A DNA stretch of 64,000 nucleotides from Planctomycetaceae bacterium (GTDB lineage: Bacteria > Planctomycetota > Planctomycetia > Pirellulales > UBA7805): positions 14,284 to 78,283 of the forward strand of contig CACOUL010000003.1 of NCBI GenBank assembly GCA_902630355.1. The letters run 5' to 3'. Shown here one piece after another: positions 57,312-64,000 of the stretch. Each line of letters opens with the position of its first letter. The stretch's first letter is position 1. Made by a program: the position numbers and the translations under genes. The notes below the pieces were generated by a model. The model worked only from the letters and a program-made list of their open reading frames with translations, did no database searches and had not been told where the DNA came from.

Positions 57312-58439
57312 TTGACGATTTCAGCCCCCCCGCATGACGATTTTCTCTCCGCCCGGTGGCGGCGTACTTTCAGGCGCCGCTTACGAGTGTGGTATGCGCA
57401 TCAAGCCCGCGATTTACCGTGGAGACGGACCCGCGACCCGTACCATGTTTGGGTCAGTGAAGTCATGCTCCAGCAGACACAAGTTCAAACCGTCATCCCG
57501 TATTTCGAGCGATTTTGTGCTGCGTTTCCCACACTCTCCGCGTTGGCCGCTGCCGACGAGCAGCAGGTGTTACAGCTTTGGGAAGGTTTGGGCTACTACC
57601 GCCGCGGCCGACAACTGCATGCCGCTGCCAGAGTATTGGTGGAAACCAACGGAGGTGCGATTCCACGGTCTCGGTCAGCGTTAGAAAAATTGCCGGGGAT
57701 AGGTCACTACACCGCCGCGGCCATCTTGTCGCTCGCTTTCGATGCGCGTGAAGCAATTCTCGAAGCGAATACCATCCGGCTTTTTGCTCGGCTTGCTGCC
57801 CTTCCACTCGAGACCACGACGGCTCAAGCGCAAAAGCAACTTTGGGCGATTTCTGAGGGCGTGCTTCCACGTAAAGAGGTAGGCCTGTTCAATCAGGCCC
57901 TCATGGAACTCGGCAGTCTTATCTGCACACCTCAGTCGCCTCAGTGTTCAGCCTGCCCGGTTGCCGATCTCTGTCTGGCAAATCGAAAAAGCCTGCAGCA
58001 TAAAATCCCAGTATTGAAGCGACGCCCGCCGGTTGAAAAAATTAGAGAGGCTGCCGTGGTCATTTGTCGCCGCAAGCAAATCTTATTGCGCCAGTGTGGA
58101 CCAAAAGAACGATGGTCCGGTTTGTGGGATTTTCCTAGAATGCAGGTACAGCCATCCCGGAAATGGTCCACAGAAGAGCAGATTGGTGATGCCGTTCGCG
58201 ACTTGACCGGCTATTCGGTGTGTCTCGGCGCACGTTTTAAAAGAATGACGCATGCCGTGACGCGGTATCAGATTACATTGGATTGTTATGAGGCAAAACT
58301 TGCCTCGACGCGCCGTAAAAGTGGAAACCGAGAATCCCTCCGTTGGGTATCATTAGAAGAGATCAATGAGATGCCGCTGAGTGTGACAGGACGACGCATC
58401 GCTCAGCAGATGATCGAAGATTCCAGGGCGGATGCCTGA
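57312..58439 (+). CDS. mutY: A/G-specific adenine DNA glycosylase
   Basis: WYAHQARDLPWRRTRDPYHVWVSEVMLQQTQV, the HhH-GPD motif LPGIGHYTAAAILSLAF, and the Fe-S cluster loop CTPQSPQCSACPVADLC are present. A C-terminal NUDIX-like domain follows. The ORF starts with TTG, so the start is uncertain. Confidence 0.88.
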   Translation: MTISAPPHDDFLSARWRRTFRRRLRVWYAHQARDLPWRRTRDPYHVWVSEVMLQQTQVQTVIPYFERFCAAFPTLSALAAADEQQVLQLWEGLGYYRRGRQLHAAARVLVETNGGAIPRSRSALEKLPGIGHYTAAAILSLAFDAREAILEANTIRLFARLAALPLETTTAQAQKQLWAISEGVLPRKEVGLFNQALMELGSLICTPQSPQCSACPVADLCLANRKSLQHKIPVLKRRPPVEKIREAAVVICRRKQILLRQCGPKERWSGLWDFPRMQVQPSRKWSTEEQIGDAVRDLTGYSVCLGARFKRMTHAVTRYQITLDCYEAKLASTRRKSGNRESLRWVSLEEINEMPLSVTGRRIAQQMIEDSRADA

Positions 58440-58532
58440 TGGAATCTTTTGGTCTTGCTCCTTCGTGGGTGGCCGTTATCATCGAATCCTCCTCAAGATA
58501 ATACGAAGCGATTTTTGTGAGCCTGGCCGCAA

Positions 58533-59207
58533 ATGCTGTTACTGAAAGACATTCAAAAATCTTTTATCGAACCGGATGGCAAGACGCTGCCGATACTCGG
58601 CATCGAGGAGTTTTGTGTTGCCCGCGGTGAGCAGATGGTGCTCGTCGGAAGAAGTGGCAGCGGCAAAACAACACTTCTGCATGTGATTGCTGGAATCAGT
58701 CGTCCCGATCAGGGAGTGGTCGAGATTGCCGGGAGAGATATCACCCAATTGTCAGAGGCTGGGCGGGATCGATTCCGGGCTGAAAAGATCGGTTATGTGT
58801 TTCAGACGTTTAATCTTCTCCCGGCCTTCAGCGCTTTGGAGAATGTGCTTCTGGGAATGACTTTCACTCGCAAAGCGGCGAACGTGGCGAGGGCCCGTGA
58901 ATTACTCGATCGTGTCGGTCTGGGGCAGCGACTGACGCATCGTCCGGCGGCACTCTCGGTCGGCGAACAGCAGCGAGTCGCCGTAGCGCGGGCTCTGGCA
59001 AATAAACCGCAAATCCTCCTCGCAGATGAACCGACAGCCAACATTGACACAGGAAATCAACAACAGATTGTCGACTTGATCCGCGAAACATGTCGCGAGG
59101 AGGAAGTGGCCCTCGTGATGGTAACCCATACTCCAGAAGTGTGTTCTCAGTTCGATCGCGTGGATGAACTGGCGGAGATCAATCGCGTTGCTAAGAGGGC
59201 AAAGTAA
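58533..59207 (+). CDS. ABC transporter ATP-binding protein (MacB/LolD/FtsE-type)
   Basis: Walker A is [18 protein letters not shown], the Q-loop region is [12 protein letters not shown], the signature is [14 protein letters not shown] and Walker B is [12 protein letters not shown]. Confidence 0.88.
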   Translation: MLLLKDIQKSFIEPDGKTLPILGIEEFCVARGEQMVLVGRSGSGKTTLLHVIAGISRPDQGVVEIAGRDITQLSEAGRDRFRAEKIGYVFQTFNLLPAFSALENVLLGMTFTRKAANVARARELLDRVGLGQRLTHRPAALSVGEQQRVAVARALANKPQILLADEPTANIDTGNQQQIVDLIRETCREEEVALVMVTHTPEVCSQFDRVDELAEINRVAKRAK

Positions 59208-59251
59208 GGTGTTACAGTGCGTACAGAGAAGAGACCTGTGAGTATCGACCC

Positions 59252-60826
59252 ATGAGTTTGTGGACCATAGCTTGGCGGAGTATTCGACAAAGGAGTTTGT
59301 CTTCTTTGTTGACCGGCCTGTCGATCGCGCTGGGAACCGCGTTGGTGGTGATTGTACTTGTAGTCTACGGGGTCGTGGCCGAATCATTCCGCGATGCGGC
59401 CCAAGGCTATCATTTGATCCTGGGCGCCAAGGGCGGAAAGTTGCAGCTCACACTCAATACGGTCTTCCATTTGAGTCAACCGATCGAAAATATCCCTTAC
59501 TCGTTTTACAAGGAATTTACCGAGTACAAGGATGCGGATGGCAGGCCGACACGAGGGAAGTATGCTTCAGCCGTTGAAGTCGCAGTCCCCTATTGCCTAG
59601 GGGACAGTTACCAGGAGTTTCGCGTTGTCGGCACGACCCCCGATCTGTTCAATAAACTCAGTTACGGAACGTTTCCCGACGGAACGCCCAAATTTTATGA
59701 GTTCTCCGCGGGGAAGAATTTTACCGCAGACGATTTTCGCGGTGCCGTGATTGGTGCGGTGGCCGCCAAGAAAACAGGTTTGCAGGTGGGAGATCATTTT
59801 CCCATCACGCACGGCTTGGCTGAGGATGAAGATGCACATGTTCACGAGGAGGATGCATTTCACGTGGTCGGAATTTTGCGACCAACCGGGACTCCCAACG
59901 ACCGGGCTGTTTTCGTCAACATGGAAGGTTTTTATCTCATTGCCGATCATGCCAAGCCGGTAGAGGCGGAAGATGATGAAGCGGAAGGTCCGCAGGCGAC
60001 ACAGATCGTTCAATTACGAGAGGCGAAGGACTCGTTGCAGCAACTACTCGAGCGGGACACGCTCAGCGCAGAGGCTTCAACCGAGATCGAGAGAATCGAT
60101 GGGTTACTTCGTACGATTCTTGGAAAGTTGAGCCCCAGTAAGGCAGAAGTCAAAAAATCACAATCCGCAGGAAAGAGTCCGGACGATGTTGCGGGTTCCG
60201 CTGATGGTGGAACAACCGGCGGTATTGCTCCGCTTCCCGAAAATCAGCGCGAAGTGACTTCGGTTTTGCTTTTGCTCAAGAACGATGTATTTTCTCAGAT
60301 ACTGCACAATAAAATCAACGAGGGTAGCGTCGCCCAGGCAGTTTATCCGAGCCGCGAGGTAGCCAAACTCTTTGAAGGTATCGTGGGGCACGTGCAGACT
60401 ATTTTATTAATCCTCGCCATTCTTGTGGTCGTTGTTGCCGGTGTGGGGGTGATGGTGAGTATGTACAATTCAATGAGCGATCGTAGTCGTGAAATAGGCA
60501 TTATGCGTGCCTTGGGGGCGGCGAGGGTGACCGTGATGAGTATCGTACTGTTCGAGGCGATTCTCTTGGCGGTACTCGGTGGGGTCGCCGGCGTGTGTCT
60601 TGGGCACGGAACGATCGGCGCCTTTGCACCGGTCATCACGGCGAATACGGGAGTGATGATCAATTTTTGGGAATGGGCGCCAGCCATCTATCTTGGAGGT
60701 TGGTCTGTTTCGCCGGAACTGGTGCTGATTCCGTCCCTACTTTTACTAGCCGTTGTCGTCGGTTTCCTCCCGGCTGTTGTGGCTTATCGGACCGATGTTT
60801 CCCGCGCGCTGAGTCACTCTCCCTGA
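59252..60826 (+). CDS. FtsX-family (MacB/LolC-type) ABC transporter permease with enlarged extracytoplasmic domain
   Basis: TM1 (LLTGLSIALGTALVVIVLVVYGVV) is followed by an extracytoplasmic region of about 330 aa. The FtsX-type C-terminal three-TM bundle follows, with the motif SDRSREIGIMRALGA. Confidence 0.85.
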   Translation: MSLWTIAWRSIRQRSLSSLLTGLSIALGTALVVIVLVVYGVVAESFRDAAQGYHLILGAKGGKLQLTLNTVFHLSQPIENIPYSFYKEFTEYKDADGRPTRGKYASAVEVAVPYCLGDSYQEFRVVGTTPDLFNKLSYGTFPDGTPKFYEFSAGKNFTADDFRGAVIGAVAAKKTGLQVGDHFPITHGLAEDEDAHVHEEDAFHVVGILRPTGTPNDRAVFVNMEGFYLIADHAKPVEAEDDEAEGPQATQIVQLREAKDSLQQLLERDTLSAEASTEIERIDGLLRTILGKLSPSKAEVKKSQSAGKSPDDVAGSADGGTTGGIAPLPENQREVTSVLLLLKNDVFSQILHNKINEGSVAQAVYPSREVAKLFEGIVGHVQTILLILAILVVVVAGVGVMVSMYNSMSDRSREIGIMRALGAARVTVMSIVLFEAILLAVLGGVAGVCLGHGTIGAFAPVITANTGVMINFWEWAPAIYLGGWSVSPELVLIPSLLLLAVVVGFLPAVVAYRTDVSRALSHSP

Positions 60827-60852
60827 GAAGGGATTTTGGAGTGTATTGATTG

Positions 60853-62274
60853 ATGTCGGTTGCTCAAGAAATGGGCCAGTTTGTGAAACGCACCATTTTC
60901 TTTTTCCTGGCTTTCCAGATCATCTCCGCGGTGGCCCTCGCCTGTTCGATTTGTACCAGTCTCTCGCCGACGCTGTGTGACGAAATGGCCGCAGCGGAGT
61001 TGGCCATTATCGCACGGTACGTGCAGACTCCCGAGGTCGGCCCAGGTGTCGATGACCCCGACGCCTATAAATCGACGTTTCAAATTGATGAGGTTCTCAA
61101 AGGGACGATTGATCTTCAGGAAGAGGGCGTTGCCAGGGTTCTTTTTTTCCCGGGTAAGACCGCTATGGCAGGTGATCATTATTTAATGCACGGCAATCGG
61201 ATTGAGAGTGATGAGGGAGGCGAGTTGGTGATTCGATGGTTGACGCCCATCGCGGTCACCGACGAAGCAATGCACTATCTCCGTCGTATGTGGAAAATCC
61301 CCGAAAACGACGTCAGCCGACTTCAGTTTGCCACACCCTATCTTAATAGTCCGGATCCGATGTTGCGCCGCGATGCTTTCGATGAATTTGGCAAAGCACC
61401 TTATGAATTACTGGAGGAGTTAGGACCGGAACTCGATAAAAACGACCTCATAAAAAAAATCGAAAGTCCGGAAACCTCTTCAAATATCAAAAAACTTTAC
61501 TTCACACTACTTACCATTTGTGGCACAAAGAGTGAATTACCGTTTATCGTGTCGCAGATCGAAAAAGAGAAAAGTTCAGCGAGCGAATCGCTTCCTGCAC
61601 TCATTGCGTGCTACGTGAGCCTCGCGGGCGAGGCTGGTCTGCCCTTCATCGAGCAAACTTATTTATCAGAGGAGGGCTCGGATTACGAGCGGCGAGCCGG
61701 TGCGGCAATCACCGCTTTGCGCTTTCACGGTCAGGAAGCCTCGGTGATCGAGCGAGAGAAGATTGTAGAGGTATTTCATCATATGCTCAAAAGGCCAACA
61801 CTCGGTGCGCGGATATTGAGTGATTTGGCACGATGGGAAGATTGGTCGGTGGTCGACCGGGTAGCAAAAATGTTTGTCGAGGCTGAAGGGGATGCGTTAT
61901 GGGTACGGGAGCCGGCCGCACGGTATCTGCTCGCATGTCCAAACAATGAAGCGGCGCAACAGATCGGGAAGCTAGAGGAAATCGATGAACTTGCGATTCG
62001 CAATGCGCGTCGCTTCGCGCTACCGCCTACAATATCTCCGGCAGCTCCTGTCGCCTCTCCCCAGGCCGGGCCGCAGGGTGAAGGATCCGTTTTGCGAGAC
62101 TCGCAGAGAGCCGTTTCTCCCGGCGGGCCGGAGGAGGAGCCAAATAGAGAAGAAAGTGCAGACGCTTCGACGTCGCGTGCTGCCTGGCAGTACCTCGTGT
62201 GGCTCGCCGTAGCCTTGATATTCGTGGTATTATTGGGATGGGCATTGCTGAAGGGGCGAAAGCAATCAATTTAA
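60853..62274 (+). CDS. exported protein of unassigned family, paralog A (lipobox-like Cys + CxxC, HEAT-like repeats, C-terminal TM anchor)
   Basis: The signal peptide ends in AVALACSIC. The body is collinear with the downstream ORF (shared blocks YK[ST]TF, LR[RG]DAFDEF, LYFT[LM]L, DLARW[EK]DW, and WVR followed a few residues later by ACP). The C-terminus has a hydrophobic helix (YLVWLAVALIFVVLLGWALL). A TTG at 60850 immediately precedes the ATG. Confidence 0.6.
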   Translation: MSVAQEMGQFVKRTIFFFLAFQIISAVALACSICTSLSPTLCDEMAAAELAIIARYVQTPEVGPGVDDPDAYKSTFQIDEVLKGTIDLQEEGVARVLFFPGKTAMAGDHYLMHGNRIESDEGGELVIRWLTPIAVTDEAMHYLRRMWKIPENDVSRLQFATPYLNSPDPMLRRDAFDEFGKAPYELLEELGPELDKNDLIKKIESPETSSNIKKLYFTLLTICGTKSELPFIVSQIEKEKSSASESLPALIACYVSLAGEAGLPFIEQTYLSEEGSDYERRAGAAITALRFHGQEASVIEREKIVEVFHHMLKRPTLGARILSDLARWEDWSVVDRVAKMFVEAEGDALWVREPAARYLLACPNNEAAQQIGKLEEIDELAIRNARRFALPPTISPAAPVASPQAGPQGEGSVLRDSQRAVSPGGPEEEPNREESADASTSRAAWQYLVWLAVALIFVVLLGWALLKGRKQSI

Positions 62275-63516
62275 ATGAATCGTGGAGTGGGAAGGGTGCC
62301 GGTGCATTTCATATCAACCATCTTCGTTGCATTAACGCTGTTGATCGCTTGCGACTGTAGGGTACTGGCGTGTCCTTTCTGTCGCCCTGTTAAAACGACC
62401 TTTACCGAGGATATCAATGCGGCCGATGTCGCGGTGCTCGGCGAATTAATATCTCGTCCGCAGCGACCGGATACCAATGAAGGAGAGATTCCGGCGGCCG
62501 ATATTATCGATTCCTATAAAACGACTTTCAAAATTCAAAAGGTGTATCGCGGTGACGCACGGGTTAATCCTGGCGACGAGATTGTTGCAATTTATACGGG
62601 CGATGCCCCGATCGGTACGAATTGTTTACTTCGAGGAATTGGTGAAGATGAATTGCAGTGGGCACCGCCTATCCCGCTCAGTGCCCGCGCTCAAAAATAT
62701 GTTGAAGAAGTACTCGAATTACCGGAGAGTGGTGCAGGAAGACTCAATTTCTTTGAGGACTATCTTGAAGATGAGGATGCCACACTGCGGGGGGATGCAT
62801 TCGACGAATTTGCCCGTGCGGATTATCAGGCGCTCAAGGATATCAGTACACAGATAGATCGACCCCGGTTGCTCCGCTGGATCCAAAACCCGGAAGTCAC
62901 TCCGTCGAATCGTCGACTCTACTTCACCATGCTCAGTGTCTGTGGTACGGAGGCGGACGGGAAATTGCTCCGCGAGATGATCGTTTCAGGCGACCCGACT
63001 CAGCTAAAGGGCCTCGATTCGCTGATTTCCTGCTATTTGACCCTCCGGGGTGCCGATGGCATCCCGTTGATCGAGGATCAATTTCTTCGGGGCGGCGTTT
63101 TTTGGGACCCCGAATATGTTCATACGTATGCAGCAATTATGGCGATCCGCTTCCAAGGACAAGAGGGAGACATCATTCCGAAAGAGCGGCTGATTGAGGC
63201 CCTGCGGATTGTTTTGGATCGTCCCGAGTTGGCGGATTTGGTGATTCCCGATCTCGCCCGCTGGAAGGATTGGGACTCGATGGCCCGACTGATTCAGATG
63301 TTCAAGAATGCAGGTAAAAAATCGAGTTGGGTCCGCGTGCCGATCGTGAATTTTCTTCGGGCGTGTCCGCTTCCTGAGGCCAAGAAAGAGTTGGAACAAC
63401 TCGCAAAGATTGATCCCGATGCGGTACGCCGTGCGACAACATTTTTTCCCTTTGCACCGGGAAATCGAGGAAAGAAAACTGAAAAGGGAAGTGATTCTAC
63501 GGGCGAGAAAAAATAG
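62275..63516 (+). CDS. exported protein of unassigned family, paralog B (lipobox-like Cys + CxxC, HEAT-like repeats)
   Basis: Its ATG directly abuts the paralog A stop codon (TAA 62272-62274, ATG 62275-62277). The signal peptide ends in RVLACPFC. The protein is collinear with paralog A along its whole length but has no C-terminal TM helix. Confidence 0.6.
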   Translation: MNRGVGRVPVHFISTIFVALTLLIACDCRVLACPFCRPVKTTFTEDINAADVAVLGELISRPQRPDTNEGEIPAADIIDSYKTTFKIQKVYRGDARVNPGDEIVAIYTGDAPIGTNCLLRGIGEDELQWAPPIPLSARAQKYVEEVLELPESGAGRLNFFEDYLEDEDATLRGDAFDEFARADYQALKDISTQIDRPRLLRWIQNPEVTPSNRRLYFTMLSVCGTEADGKLLREMIVSGDPTQLKGLDSLISCYLTLRGADGIPLIEDQFLRGGVFWDPEYVHTYAAIMAIRFQGQEGDIIPKERLIEALRIVLDRPELADLVIPDLARWKDWDSMARLIQMFKNAGKKSSWVRVPIVNFLRACPLPEAKKELEQLAKIDPDAVRRATTFFPFAPGNRGKKTEKGSDSTGEKK

Positions 63517-63588
63517 TCAGCGCTGCCTCCCGCCGAAGCAGTCGTTTTTTCCCCATCGAGGACCGGCTTAAGGTAAAGAAGCTAAACG

Positions 63589-64000
63589 ATGAGTGCGGAT
63601 GTTCAATTCAGTGAAACATTGGATCGCGATCTATCAGGTGGAGACTATCGCGCCGTGTCCGGGGCTGCGGTTACGAGTGTTGCTCTAGGATTTCTCTCTA
63701 TCTGCGTACTGCTCACCATCTACTTGGCCGTCATTCCACTGGTGGGCATTCTGGTCGGTTTATATGCCATTTTGCAGATCAAGGCTCGACCCAAAGAACT
63801 CACGGGCCGTAGCATTGCAGTGGTGGGGATTGTTTTATCTCTCGCGTTTCTGATCGCGGGCGGAAGCTTGGCGGCTTACGTGTACGCGACCGAGGTTCCG
63901 CCAGGTTACACGCGTATTTTTTATTCTCAGTTGCAACCGGAGGAAGGCAAAGTGGATCAGAAAGTTCCTCCTCTGGCAGAATCGCTCGACGGGGAAAAGG
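63589..64000 (+). CDS. small integral membrane protein (DUF4190-like), 3-prime truncated by the window end
   Basis: The reading frame from ATG 63589 is open to the end of the window. It has two or more Gly/Ala/Ile-rich TM helices flanking a basic loop (AILQIKARPKELTGRSIAVVGIVLSLAFLIAGG), as in DUF4190-type proteins. Confidence 0.5.
   Translation, partial: MSADVQFSETLDRDLSGGDYRAVSGAAVTSVALGFLSICVLLTIYLAVIPLVGILVGLYAILQIKARPKELTGRSIAVVGIVLSLAFLIAGGSLAAYVYATEVPPGYTRIFYSQLQPEEGKVDQKVPPLAESLDGEK

Noticed and set aside
63520-63552. A possible intrinsic terminator after paralog B (a T6 run at 63545-63550).
   Set aside because: The preceding stem is only 4-5 bp (CTGC/GCAG) with an 11-nt loop, too weak to call. 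It is therefore unclear whether the downstream membrane protein gene is co-transcribed.

Overview
This is a gene-dense chromosomal window of about 60 protein-coding genes on both strands, and most are recognisable from conserved motifs. The gene content points to a Planctomycetota (PVC superphylum) genome. Markers are a DUF1559 protein with a prepilin-type N-terminus, two formylglycine-type sulfatases, a DUF1080 fusion protein, several Gfo/Idh/MocA and xylose-isomerase-like TIM-barrel genes, a Minf_1886-like protein and a small basic protein. Housekeeping genes dominate: argS, rsfS, hppA, scpA and scpB (unlinked), accD, groES, trxA, hemH, dprA, aroB, purE, mtnA, glnA, cysH, msrA, rpsD and mutY. 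I found no rRNA, tRNA, transposase/integrase, prophage or CRISPR array. No known defence system was recognised. The candidates for something undescribed are listed here in rough order of interest. (1) The 3-prime end (58.5-64.0 kb) holds a co-directional cluster: a MacB/Lol-type ABC ATPase, an FtsX-type permease, two tandem full-length paralogs of an unassigned exported protein with a lipobox-like Cys and a CxxC motif, and a small membrane protein that runs off the window. (2) A head-to-tail array of about 11 copies of a 13-bp unit lies between two paralogous small LuxR-type regulators (26.2-27.5 kb). (3) A transporter-less and regulator-less sugar-modifying cluster sits at 12.0-18.5 kb, with an epimerase-like gene, a cupin isomerase-like gene, two TIM-barrel genes and a Gfo/Idh/MocA dehydrogenase gene. 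(4) An APC-type permease carries an inserted soluble module of about 100 aa that resembles a flagellin/hook IN motif. There are also lineage-specific insertions in ArgRS and the membrane pyrophosphatase, and two apparent pseudo-enzymes or atypical enzymes. All functional calls come from reading the translated ORFs. No database search was run, and start codons are approximate.
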